Positions 1 to 11,900 of a DNA stretch of 64,000 nucleotides are shown here, piece after piece; position 1 is the stretch's first letter; each line of letters begins with the position of its first letter. The translations under genes were made by a program, and so were the position numbers. The notes below the pieces were generated by a model. That model ran no database searches. It saw only the letters and a list, made by a program, of their open reading frames with translations, and had not been told where the DNA came from. Source of the DNA: Octopus bimaculoides (Eukaryota); the NCBI RefSeq assembly GCF_001194135.2, contig NC_068991.1, positions 1,392,283 through 1,456,282 of the forward strand. The letters run 5' to 3'.

Positions 1-100
1 TTATATATATATATATATTTATAGTCTTATATATATATATATATTTATAGTCTTATATATATATATATATATAGTCTTATATATAGTCTTATATATATAT
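1..100. repeat. (TA)n microsatellite with periodic AGTCT interruptions
   Basis: TA runs interrupted four times by ...TATAGTCTTATA... Confidence 0.9.
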
Positions 101-108
101 GCATATAT

Positions 109-400
109 AAATAAATAACAACAAATGTATGATGTGTCAATTCACTACTGCTGTTTCCAACGAATTTTTAATTGATTAATGGTGACATTACATCATAAGA
201 AAAAACCGGTTTCATCAGGTGAGTACATGAACCACAACATTGAAAAACATTCTGAGTCCAACGGCATGTGCACCTTCGAGATTCTGTGACCCTTACTGAT
301 CATGGAATGAATTTATTAGTTCCGTTTGCTAGTATTAAAGGAGGAAAATAACGCGATGCCATTCGGGAGTAGGAGGATAACGAAGGTTGAAAACAATGGA
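109..400 (-). mobile_element. Left arm of inverted repeat; Penelope pseudo-LTR-like repeat
   Basis: 109-319 is the reverse complement of 1140-1350 (about 85% identical by eye), with weaker similarity out to about 400/1064; ends in a TTATTTATTT tail on its own strand. Confidence 0.7.
140..224 (-). ncRNA. Hammerhead-ribozyme-like motif (type I, degenerate)
   Basis: Minus strand reads ACTCAC CTGATGA [long insert] GAAA CAGCAG TA GTGAAT; stem I TCAC/GTGA pairs. Confidence 0.45.
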
Positions 401-1063
401 ATCGTGACTTTGAAATTTAGACCATACTGCTTTCTTCTATGTTCTTATTTTTCGTATATTTTTATTCATCTCATAACGTTATAATTTCATTTATTGAATT
501 ATGGCTATTATTATTATTATTATTATTATTCCAATTTACCTTTAACTCTCTAATATACTCTATCCTATTACATTACTTTATTTTATTTTATTTTATCCCA
601 TGATACTTTTTCTAACTACTTTTTAATTTTTTAAATTTCTACGATATTATTTGCCTAGTCACTATCTACCAATTTCGTTTTTTATTATTATCCAATGTTT
701 TCTTTATAATCCTTTTTTATTATAATCCGTCCTTTACTATTATCCATTTGCTTTCATATAGTTTTTTTTATTCTATGCTTTTTATTGTATACTTTTTTAT
801 TATCTAATTATTGATATGATAGCGACTCTTCTTGCTCCCTACCCCACCCATGCTATCGTAGAATCTCAGACTTATTGTCTCTCTTCTATGGTTTTTCCGG
901 AAGGCTGTTAAGTATATAAATAACTGGGTGACCTTACCCTTTGTACTTAACCCTAAAACGGCTTGTTGTACAGTATTAAGAGATAAGAGAAACTAACTCC
1001 ATCTTAGTTGTAGGAGCGAGATCCTTCGCTATCTGATTCCCTTTACCTCATCCTGTAACCATC

Positions 1064-1350
1064 TCCATTGCTATAAATCTTCGTTACCCCACAGCCACAC
1101 ATGTCATCGTGTTTTCTCCCGTAATAATACAAAACTGAGCTAATAAATTCATTCTATGACCAGCGAGATTCAAAGAACCATGAAGGTGCACATGCTGTTG
1201 GATTTTGAATGCTTTTGAATGTTGTGGTTCATGTATTCTCCTGATGAAAACGTTCTTTTTTCTTATGATGTAATGCCTCCATTAATCAATTAAAATTCGT
1301 TGGAAACAGCTGTAGTGAATTGACACATCGTCCATTTGTTATTTATTTAT
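1064..1350 (+). mobile_element. Right arm of inverted repeat; Penelope pseudo-LTR-like repeat
   Basis: Reverse-complement match to 109-400; ends in GTTATTTATTTATTT. Confidence 0.7.
1235..1320 (+). ncRNA. Hammerhead-ribozyme-like motif (type I, palindromic stem III)
   Basis: ATTCTC CTGATGA(1241-1247) ... GAAA(1303-1306) with palindrome ACAGCTGT, GTA triplet (1312-1314), then GTGAAT pairing with stem I. Confidence 0.5.
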
Positions 1351-1714
1351 TTATTACTCACCTCTCCCGGAACCTACTCCTTGCGTAGATCCGCTATTGT
1401 TGTAAAACATTTCACGCTGACATACGGTCACCCCTACCGCTGAAGCTATTGAAAAACTGAGTTTTGAGTCGTTTGAATACCTTGTATGTTGCTCGCATCT
1501 CATTCCTTCCGACTTGCATCTCTTTGTACTGTTCAAACATCCTTTATGAGGTCGTCGATTTGCTACGGTCGAAAAACTGCCGGAAGCATTGCATAAATGG
1601 CGCGCGCAGCCGAAGTCTTCGATAATCAAGCTTGGAAATCACTGGAAGAAGTTAATCGAAAAGCAAGGAGAATGCCGGGAAATGATGTAATTGTTTAATC
1701 CCTGCTTTTCTTGT

Positions 1715-2010
1715 TCTAAACCACAGAATAAAGAGTGTGTATAATTTTTGACTCTCCGTAATGCAACTAAATAGACTAGCCATGTATGGAATTTGAAGAG
1801 CAGATCCATACGACATACAGTTAAGAGGAGAATATTAGAAAAATCCACGCCATATGTTAAAAGATCTAAGAAATGCAGGTTACGCATAGCAGAAAGATTT
1901 CATATTCTTACACCCAACAATTCCAACACACTGCTTAATTCGAGATCTGAACAGTTTAGCAAGTGTAGAAACATGGAAAGGTTTCTGTTATTGAATTGGA
2001 GAACACCATT
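1715..2010 (+). mobile_element. Penelope-like element, decayed C-terminal GIY-YIG endonuclease region
   Basis: Reads RNATK*TSHVWNLKSRSIRHTVKRRILEKSTPYVKRSKKCRLRIAERFHIL...LLNSRSEQFSKCRNMERFLL, matching the PLE C-terminal pattern W.LK...I.W.IL....PY....KKC.LC..EK..IL...LLN.RSE..SKCRH. Confidence 0.8.
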
Positions 2011-2392
2011 CTCTGCAAATTGAGCTGTATTGCAGGATTTGACATATATTCTGTTATTTTGTTCTAAGTGTCGTATTTAATGAGCTTTTTGCAATCAAGG
2101 AGGACAAGGATTTTAGATTCCATGATTTCGTTTCTTTCTTCTCGTTCCATTTTTTTTGCCCCAACCTTCATGTTTTAACCACGTTTCTTATTTCTCACTG
2201 ACCAGCGTCTTTTGCTTTTTAAAATATATATAAGGCATAAACGGGAAGATTGTCTGGAGATGCATGGGGCATTTCATAAATGTGCATGTTCAAGTATGAC
2301 AAAAGCATGAAACTATTAGTGGCTCTGTCGGTTGTCTATTAAATTGATATCTTTTTATTTATGCTCATACATATACATATATCCACACACAG

Positions 2393-2445
<53 letters not shown>

Positions 2446-2834
2446 CATATGCAAATACATACATAGACACACACGTGCGCACACCCATACGCACACTGTC
2501 TCTCGCACACCTTCTGTTATTGAATTTCAATAATTATTTTGAATTTTTATATAGAAGGATTCATTCATTTTGTGACTATGAGAGATGGTAGTTGGCAAAG
2601 GTGTCAGTCTGTGGAACCGAGCGAATTTCAACATAGTTACGAAGCGAGTGTCTGAACCACACAACTATGCATGCACATATATAAATAAATATTATATATA
2701 TATATATATACATACGTACATACATACATGCATATTTACATAAATATGTAGATATATATGCATAGATGGATACAGATAAATGTATGAATATATTTATATA
2801 CGTGTGCGTATTGTGCATTTGTGTATACGTAGAT

Positions 2835-2839
2835 CTATG

Positions 2840-2871
<32 letters not shown>

Positions 2872-2872
2872 A
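2835..2872. repeat. (TATC)n microsatellite
   Basis: Direct reading. Confidence 0.9.
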
Positions 2873-3462
2873 GTCGATCGAGTAATCTGTCTATATGTAT
2901 AAGTACACACACACACACACATGCTTAGCTGGCTTATTATAAATGCAATAATAGCTATTGCAGTCAGATGCAAAAACTTCGTCTTTCCATGACACAAATT
3001 AGTCAAACGCTATTTTGCATCAGCATAAATAAGAATATTGCATATTTTACTACTCTTTACTCTGTGCGCACACATTCGTACGCATTCTCACGCACACATA
3101 GAATCCAATATTTCAAGCTCCCCTCCTCCCCTCTCACTCTCCGTTTTCTTTCCTTTCCCGTTCTTCCCCTTTTCCTCTTCTCTCCTTCACACTCTTTCTC
3201 GCTTTCTTTCTGTCACACCAATTCTTGTTCACTTAATCTCTTCACACTATCCCGCTTTCACCCTCTTCTTATGACACCGACCGTGTCTCCACTTCGTGTT
3301 CTAATATCCTACTCTTCAATTCCATTTTTGCTCTAACCCTGCAATGTAAACAGAAGTAAGAAATTCAGTAACATATCCATTTCTTTTGATCTGATATCTT
3401 TTATTTTTCCTATCAACCTTTATAAAAGATATCAGCCAAGTGTGTCCCTCATCCCATGCGTC

Positions 3463-3509
<47 letters not shown>

Positions 3510-4430
3510 ATGTGTGCGTGTGTATGCGGAAGATATTCGACTGGAGGATATCTGATAATTGCCCTTTGATTGATCATTGCTATAGAATTAATATAATGTA
3601 TAAATACACGGTCCTTAAGAAACCACAGAACTCTGCAAAAATAATGAACCTCACTTAACGCTAAACGTCGGTTTTTAGCTCACCTCAGTTCGTTTACCTC
3701 AGCTGAACGCAATATGTCTACGTTACTAGCTAAGCACATACTTCACCGCAACTCTCAATAGTCATAACACCTCGTATAGTATTACTTGGTCTATCATTAA
3801 TACTGGAATGTCGTATCAAGATAATTGAATTTCTGGGGATTTATGTTTTAAATCACTGATCGAGATCTTAAAACAAATCACATGTTATCTGTTCAATTGC
3901 CAAGTGATACTGTTATCATCAGTGATCATCGATTCTTCGAAACTTACCGCTTTTACTTTATATACGATGTCACGCAACGACTAATTCTACGCATCTCACG
4001 TTCATCTCATCTGGAAGTTCCTTAATTCACTAATTTACCACACAACTTCTAAATTCTTATCTTCGATCATACGCAATAATTATATTCTAACTTACCTTTT
4101 CCGATATTTTCATTAATTATATGAATATTAAATGTTTCCATTTACTATATACTTACATTTATTATAGCATATTCTACAATAAATTAAAGCAAATCTCCCA
4201 GTTCTACCTTTGTGTCCTTGCTTTATGGTGTTTTATTAGTATCCGTTTAAGCCTACAGTCTTCATCATTTATTTGACAAATTCCAGATGTCTTTATACTA
4301 CAGAGCTGTGAACACAATGTTGGGAAGAAAATTATCGGGGAAAATGCAATTCCTAAACTTTATCTATCTCAGAACTCTTCCTATTGTTCTCTATAGCGTT
4401 TCTTCTATGCTTAACAATATCATCCTCGTT

Positions 4431-4475
4431 TACTGACCATTCGCATACTGACCATTCGCATACTGACCATTCGTC
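4431..4475. repeat. 3 x 15-bp tandem repeat TACTGACCATTCGCA
   Basis: Units at 4431, 4446, 4461 (last ends ...TCGTC). Confidence 0.95.
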
Positions 4476-4480
4476 TAGAC

Positions 4481-4725
4481 CAGAGGTTCTCCATATGATC
4501 TTTGAGGGTTCACATAAGGTTACTGTGTTAAAATTTACGCGCAATAAGTTGCATTTATTTCTGCAATGCATCAAATATTTTAACATTTTTTTATACAGTT
4601 CCTAATAATATTCAATTATAAAAATATAAAAGGATTTTTAAAACATTGAATGGCTATTGAGGGTCTCTCCGAGAAGAAAAGGAATCCAAGGGGTCCATAG
4701 CTAAAGAAATGGTTGAGAACCACTG
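4481..4725. mobile_element. hAT (Charlie/MER-like) MITE
   Basis: Left end CAGAGGTTCTC, right end GAGAACCACTG (imperfect TIR); subterminal GGGGTCCAT...GGTTGAGAACCACTG; left flank TCTAGAC resembles a hAT target; no matching right TSD. Confidence 0.7.
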
Positions 4726-6106
4726 GAAACCACTCAGAAAACCTTTATCAGAGTCGTGTAGTCACTTGTTATCTTTCTTCCCCAACCCCTTTAGACTATC
4801 CATCAACCCTCACTACTTTCTCATAGTAAGGCTCAACAAAATCTCTAATCTTCCCCCACTTCACCATTCCAGCACCTCCCCTTTTCCCTTCTCTCAAAAC
4901 GTACCCCATGCATTTCATCTCAGTCTATATAAACACGCAGTACGTTCAGCTATATAGTTGTCCTCTTTCGATTTAGACCTTACATATATTTGCTCCTTTA
5001 TTTAGAGGTTAGTTCTCCACTGCCACTCGAACCATTATTTTTTTGGTGATAGAAGTTCTTCAGACAATCGCCTTCTGAAAACAGATGCAAAGTATTATCT
5101 ATCAATTCCCAGATTTTCACTTGCGACACCATTCGACTCCTCACCAAACGAGGTCTCGGCGACAGGTGACTCTATGGGAATCGTTTCGAACTCGTCCAGG
5201 AGAGTAACTCTTTACAAATGAACTCTTATGAACTTTCCACATTCTGGAATTTTCCTAATATCATACTTTAAATACGTGTGTGCGTGCACGTGCGTGTGTG
5301 TGTTTATGAGTGTGTATGTTAAAATAGTATTTATTTAGACCCAACCTGAAAGCAGCACTATGATCAGGTTTAAGTTTTACTATACGCATATATATGCATG
5401 CGTAAGAGAGAAAGACTTTCGAACATGCTTCCATTATGAAGATATAAAACTTTAATAATATGTAAGAAAGCAAAAAGTTTTAAGATCAATGAGAACATAT
5501 TTGAAACTTTATTATTGAAGCAGATGTTGGAAATACAGTGACAATTATGAATGCAGACGGAGCATTGGAATGAAAGAGGATTAGAATTCGCGCAAGCAGC
5601 GAGGCCTAGGCAAGGAGTACAAGAAAGAGAAATCCAGAGAAAAGCTAAACGTAATTCAAAGTTTCCAAATGTAAGAATTGGCAGCCTTGTGCAGTGATTC
5701 ACCTTTCTTCTGTCGAGATCCTTACTGTCATAGCAACAGCTGTTACAACAGCATCAGAACACAAACAGAAAGGTTTGTGGAAGTGGGGAGGGGGAGAGCG
5801 AAATATCGAAAAATGAGAATAAAAGGCTGCAGGGGACAACTACACAAAGAGATTAAAAGAGGGCGTGGAGTTGAAGCACCTCTCCTCTAAAAAGAGAACG
5901 AAAGGGACAGCTGAGGAGAAAATGATCGATAGAGAGAAAGAGAGGGACCTAATCTATGTTAGGGATTTATCATTTCTTCGATGATCAGAAATTTTATTAC
6001 ATTCGTTATTTTTATACTAGAATTTACGTTTACATAATTCATTGAAACCCCTTCATTTTTGACCGGTACTACGTTCGTACGTACAAGCATCTTTTGTCTT
6101 TTATAA

Positions 6107-6279
6107 TTTACTTGTTTCAGTCATTAAACTGCGACCCTGCTGGATCACCACACTGGAGAATTTTAGTCGAACGAATCGATCTCAGTATCCTTGTGTAAGG
6201 CCTGGTATTTATTCTGTCGGTCTCATTTGGCGAACCGCTAACTTACGGGGACGGAAGCACACCGGTTGTGAAGCGATGG

Positions 6280-6324
<45 letters not shown>

Positions 6325-6510
6325 CACAGTACATATACATATACACGACGGGCTTCTTTCGGTTTCCGTTTGTCTACCAAATTCATTCACAAGGCTTTGG
6401 TCGGCCTGCGGCTATAGTAGAAAACACTTACCCAAGGTGCCATGCAGTGGGACTGAACTCAGAACCATGTGGTTGCAATGCAAACGTCTTACCACACAGC
6501 CACGCCTGCA
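6107..6510 (-). mobile_element. tRNA-derived SINE family A, near full length, internal (CA)n
   Basis: Minus-strand head GCAGGCGTGGCTGTGTGGTAAG (A box) ... GGTTCTGAGTTCAGTCCC (B box), body CCGTCGTG, tail ACTGAAACAAGTAAA; many homologous copies in the window. Confidence 0.9.
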
Positions 6511-6908
6511 TATATTCAGTTTTCGGTTGTTGTTTATCAATTCTTTTATCGGGTTCAACTATTCAACTGTCACCAGGGGAGCTTTGAAACGTTTCAACCT
6601 GTCATATAAAAACTCCAGCATATATTTCAGGTACTTATTTTACCGATCTATAATGAATAGATAGCACTGCATTACACTTTTGTGAAGATAACTATTTTTT
6701 TACATAACAAATAAAAAAAGAAGCAAACAAAACACAAACCAACAAAAATAACACGAAGCAACACAGAAATACAAACACACAGACACACAGACACACTGCA
6801 TAAATACGTTATATGATAATTATACGAAGAAATATTTCATAGTAATACTCAGAATACTGGAGCTTTATTTTCTGCAGCAGATAGAAAGTTTTAGTGTTCA
6901 TAGCGAAA

Positions 6909-7007
6909 GCGCGTGGCTCAGTGGTTAGGGCATTCGGCTCACGATCAGAAGGTGGAGAGTTCAATTCCCGGCGACGCGTTGTGTCCTTGTGCAAAACACT
7001 TTATTTA
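6909..7007 (+). mobile_element. tRNA-derived SINE family B, 5' part
   Basis: GCGCGTGGCTCAGTGGTTAGG (A box) ... GAGTTCAATTCCC (B box) then GTGTCCTTGTGCAAAACACTT; no acceptor-stem closure; homologous to 25351 and 50556. Confidence 0.85.
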
Positions 7008-7009
7008 TA

Positions 7010-7057
<48 letters not shown>

Positions 7058-7804
7058 NNNNNNNNNNNNNNNNNNNNNNNNNNNNNNNNNNNNNNNNNNN
7101 NNNNNNNNNNNNNNNNNNNNNNNNNNNNNNNNNNNNNNNNNNNNNNNNNNNNNNNNNNNNNNNNNNNNNNNNNNNNNNNNNNNNNNNNNNNNNNNNNNNN
7201 NNNNNNNNNNNNNNNNNNNNNNNNNNNNNNNNNNNNNNNNNNNNNNNNNNNNNNNNNNNNNNNNNNNNNNNNNNNNNNNNNNNNNNNNNNNNNNNNNNNN
7301 NNNNNNNNNNNNNNNNNNNNNNNNNNNNNNNNNNNNNNNNNNNNNNNNNNNNNNNNNNNNNNNNNNNNNNNNNNNNNNNNNNNNNNNNNNNNNNNNNNNN
7401 NNNNNNNNNNNNNNNNNNNNNNNNNNNNNNNNNNNNNNNNNNNNNNNNNNNNNNNNNNNNNNNNNNNNNNNNNNNNNNNNNNNNNNNNNNNNNNNNNNNN
7501 NNNNNNNNNNNNNNNNNNNNNNNNNNNNNNNNNNNNNNNNNNNNNNNNNNNNNNNNNNNNNNNNNNNNNNNNNNNNNNNNNNNNNNNNNNNNNNNNNNNN
7601 NNNNNNNNNNNNNNNNNNNNNNNNNNNNNNNNNNNNNNNNNNNNNNNNNNNNNNNNNNNNNNNNNNNNNNNNNNNNNNNNNNNNNNNNNNNNNNNNNNNN
7701 NNNNNNNNNNNNNNNNNNNNNNNNNNNNNNNNNNNNNNNNNNNNNNNNNNNNNNNNNNNNNNNNNNNNNNNNNNNNNNNNNNNNNNNNNNNNNNNNNNNN
7801 NNNN
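7058..7804. other. Assembly gap (further gaps: 10050-10452, 31949-32052, 36970-37056, 41297-41430, 47355-47798, 48418-49182, 54503-54652, 57994-58003)
   Basis: Runs of N, mostly flanked by microsatellites. Confidence 1.
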
Positions 7805-7901
7805 GACAGTGACTTCGAAATTTAGGCTTGAACTTCGTTATCGAGCAGTCAGTTGAAAGCGAGCAATGCGAAGCTTCGAATTCACTGTCAACTTTTCCAT
7901 T
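7805..7901 (-). other. Candidate exon truncated by gap
   Basis: Acceptor ATTAACTTTCAG then open frame NGKVDSEFEASHCSLSTDCSITKFKPKFRSHC running into Ns; no donor visible. Confidence 0.2.
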
Positions 7902-7964
7902 CTGAAAGTTAATACATACATACCCGCATGTACATATATTAACTTTCATACACACCCGCATGTG

Positions 7965-7996
<32 letters not shown>

Positions 7997-8572
7997 CACA
8001 CACATCGAAGAGAAGAATAAAACAGGTTAGTCTCAAATTATTCTTCTGCGACTGACATTGGTAACCAACAACGAATTAAATTACGTTTCTCTTCTGATGA
8101 TTTGGCGTTATGAGGTGATTATACAACCGACTATGTAACAATTACCGCAGAGTATACTACGTCCTGAAATGAAATACATGTTAAGTTTATGTAATATATG
8201 ATGTTATAGTAAAAAAATGTTGTTACCAAATTCTTTAGCATTATTCAGCTCTTGTATATACACTCTATGATCTCTTCAAATATATATAATATAAAACGAA
8301 GATCTGACGACAAATTATGTTTAATATATGATTGGAAGTTGGGCATACGTCGATTTGCATAGAGTTCTAAGCAAAGATAAACTGTTATACTATCTCATTT
8401 GAAATAGTAGGCTTTCTGTACATACGTTAGTACATAAATATGTACGTACATACATACATACATGCATACATACATAACCATATACATATATATATATCTA
8501 CATATATACATATGTATATATACACATATATACATATATGTATACATATATATACATACATACATATAACCA

Positions 8573-8611
<39 letters not shown>

Positions 8612-10590
8612 GTACATATATACATACATATATATATGATATAGTTATATCTGTTGTTATTCATACTAATGTGAGTGTACACTTGTAAGGTATATATAAA
8701 CACATATATGGCTGTTGTGGTCTAGAAAACTTAGAGACAGCTAAATATATTATATACACCGGTAACACTTCCTTTGTCAATGTTGGCTTATAATCATATA
8801 GATGTATAGTTCTACTAATACCTACAAGTTCACATGCAACTTGTCGGATCGATTCTGGTTAGGCGTTCAAATTGTATATTTTATATTCCGCTTATTCTTT
8901 TAAAACAACAAAATTCTTATGTTGTGTGTATGTGCGTGCGTTCGCATGTGTGAATTATTTTGCTGAGATGTCTGCGCCAAAAGTTCCCTCCTCCAAATTT
9001 GATTCTTACTTGTTTTATCGACTTTGGCAAGAGTATCTATGTGTGGTTTTCTGTATAAAGTCTGCCTCTGGCTCCCACCGTACAAGCGATTGAGGGTACA
9101 TGACTATCAACAGAATAGCAACTGGTCCGTTGTTGAGTTAACACCCAACTACAGCTTGTACATCTACCTTTTGATCGTGTGCGCAACACCTTAACTTTGA
9201 AACCACGTGACTGCACACAAACACGGATAGACACATACAACATAATTACGAAACTCATATATATAAGTATGCATGCATGCGTGCATACATACTTACTCAC
9301 ATATATGTATACATACATATACACATATAAATATATTACACACACACATACATTATATATATATATATATATATACATGAGAGAGAGGGAGAGAGACAGA
9401 AAGTGAGAAAGAGAGACAGAGGAAGTGAGAAAGAGAGAGAGAGAGTCATAGAATTAACAGATGATATCCAGAGATACTCAATATAGAAACTCTTTGTAAC
9501 GCTCAAATAATTTGAACTTGCACCACTTCGAAATGTTTACCGAGGACTCAGTCCACAGGGTAAAGAGTGGCTCTAAGAGGAATTCAGGTGAGCAGATGTG
9601 GAGAAAACGATGCAAATAAGCAAAGAAAACTGATATTCGAAATAGATATTCGAAATGTAGATACATATATTCATGTAAATGGAGAGAAAGCAAAGACTTA
9701 AAGCTTTCAAACGATGAATATTCAAGTTTTAATCCATCGATTAAGAGAGCAAACTTACACAAAATACAAAGACACAGATAATTAAAGTGGGGTGAGGGGG
9801 GGGGAGTCTGGTGTTACAAATCCGACGGCTGTTACTGGGAGCTCGCAGTTACTTGATAATGTTGGCAGATGTAGTTGACAGTCTTTTTGTCCGATATGTG
9901 AACGATTCTGCCAGCTCACCGCCTTGTTTGCATACGTATAGAATTCGAAGAGAAAAAGACAAAACAAGATGATATTCAGCGGGAAGCAGGAGGAGAAACA
10001 TGGCGGGAAGGATACGAAAGGAAAGAAAAGGAAATTGAATGAGGAAGAGNNNNNNNNNNNNNNNNNNNNNNNNNNNNNNNNNNNNNNNNNNNNNNNNNNN
10101 NNNNNNNNNNNNNNNNNNNNNNNNNNNNNNNNNNNNNNNNNNNNNNNNNNNNNNNNNNNNNNNNNNNNNNNNNNNNNNNNNNNNNNNNNNNNNNNNNNNN
10201 NNNNNNNNNNNNNNNNNNNNNNNNNNNNNNNNNNNNNNNNNNNNNNNNNNNNNNNNNNNNNNNNNNNNNNNNNNNNNNNNNNNNNNNNNNNNNNNNNNNN
10301 NNNNNNNNNNNNNNNNNNNNNNNNNNNNNNNNNNNNNNNNNNNNNNNNNNNNNNNNNNNNNNNNNNNNNNNNNNNNNNNNNNNNNNNNNNNNNNNNNNNN
10401 NNNNNNNNNNNNNNNNNNNNNNNNNNNNNNNNNNNNNNNNNNNNNNNNNNNNAGAGTCACTTACTGTTATAGTTTCTTCAATGAGAATATTGACCAAGGT
10501 TACCGTGGTCTTTTCCGTAGGCTTTTCCTTCCACGGCTAAACCTAAACTGTCCTCCCCTCTTTTACACGAGAACATTACTGTGTGATACA

Positions 10591-10683
10591 AGATCCCTAT
10601 TGATCGGCCTTTCCCTTTTTTTTTTTTCCGATCCCTTTTGATCGAACTCCCCCTTTTTCCCTTCCTACGATCCCTTTTGATCG
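10591..10683. repeat. Three spaced copies of (C)GATCCCTWTTGATCG, period about 39 bp
   Basis: Copies at about 10591, 10629, 10668 separated by non-identical pyrimidine tracts. Confidence 0.85.
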
Positions 10684-11620
10684 ACACCACCACTTTTTTT
10701 TTTCCTTCCTTCCCCCTCCCAAAAAGAAAAGCTCTATATTGTATTTGTCCCATCTTCGTTGAGCCCTGTGTGGCTAATAAAAGAAATGTATCTTCAGCCG
10801 CAGGTGTCTTATTTACCTAATATTTGTCATATTATTTTATTTTCTAGTCATCTTTTAATTCAAAGATTATCCAGAGAAATATTTAATCCCTCAACATAAC
10901 ACTGAAATGTCGAAATGAGTTATTCAAATTCATTTTCCCATGTATTTCCAAGGCATTACAATCTATATTTAGAATATTTTCATTAAAACGGACGCTTTAA
11001 ACAGCTCAAATCTCATATGTTCTTGATGCGTTTTAGACAATAGCTTGTAATTCGTCATCCATATTCCGTCTATGCCTGATTGATTGTTTGAGGTTACAGA
11101 GATATGGGAATGCTCGAGAGGAACGGAGAGAAATAAATACACATTTCTGGCTTTGTTTTAAAATTTTCCATTGCTTTCTAATCAATGTTAAATGCATGAT
11201 ATAAAGAAACGAAAATGATTCTAAATATCATTATTTCGTTGCATAGTTCGATCTTTGAAGAATTTAATGGTTTATCATTGTTCTTGCATTGAATACACAC
11301 ACACACATACCATGCGTAATGACACGAGTTAAACAAATATATATCCTTTCAAATGTTTTAAGTGTAGTTTTTAATTCTTTCTTTCTTTCTTTCTTTCTTC
11401 CGTCTGTTTGTCTGTCTGTCTGTCTATTTAAAAGATATGCATATGTGGGTAGGTGTAGGTGTATGCAAATGGCGTCAAATTCGCAGAGTCGTTAGTGTTG
11501 AATAGATTGATTCACAGTATTTGTTCGGATCTTTGCATTTTATGTTCAAATCAAACTAGATCAATTTTGCCCTTTATTTTCGCGAGTTTGAATGAATTTA
11601 CAAAAAAAAAAAAGAGAGAG

Positions 11621-11657
<37 letters not shown>

Positions 11658-11704
11658 TATATATATAGAGAGAGAGAGAGACGGACAGACAGACAGAGAC
11701 TAAA

Positions 11705-11900
11705 GGCCTTGTAGCATCCACTTTCACTCCTTGCATTGTGAGTGCAAATCTCTGCATTTCTTGCCACCGGAGAAGGTCGGGCCGTTTGGTGCCTGCCAAA
11801 AACGGTGATAAATTTGGGAACTTCTTAAAGTGTCCAAGGGCACCAACTGAGAAATCTCTGTGCTAGATCAATAGCTTTGATGGGAGAAGACAAACTCTTT
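11705..11900 (-). mobile_element. Possible 3' fragment of a restriction-like-endonuclease non-LTR retrotransposon
   Basis: Reads FSVGALGHFKKFPNLSPFLAGTKRPDLLRWQEMQRFAL; SVGALG resembles the VGALG motif also seen at 37900. Confidence 0.35.

Noticed and set aside
2540-2590. Mariner transposase motif (FLYRRIHSFCDYERW resembling FL.RIVTGDEKW)
   Set aside because: Short resemblance only, with no flanking transposase sequence.
4240-4370. THAP-domain remnant (FKPT ... ENAIPKL)
   Set aside because: Needs several frameshifts and lacks the Cys/His ligands; too weak without a search.
5095-5211. Acidic protein-like frame (LLDEFETIPIESPVAETSFGEE) and overlapping plus-strand pseudo-exon
   Set aside because: Only 38 codons, a poor acceptor, and an equally plausible reading on the other strand.
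5724-5737. RFX X-box (ACTGTCATAGCAAC)
   Set aside because: Only the right half matches and no promoter is established nearby.
6909-6990. tRNA gene
   Set aside because: A and B boxes are present but there is no acceptor-stem closure, and it continues into SINE body shared with other copies.
10591-10683. CRISPR array
   Set aside because: Eukaryotic context, 15-bp repeats, only three copies, low-complexity spacers and no cas genes; the same applies to the 45-bp minisatellite, which has no spacers.
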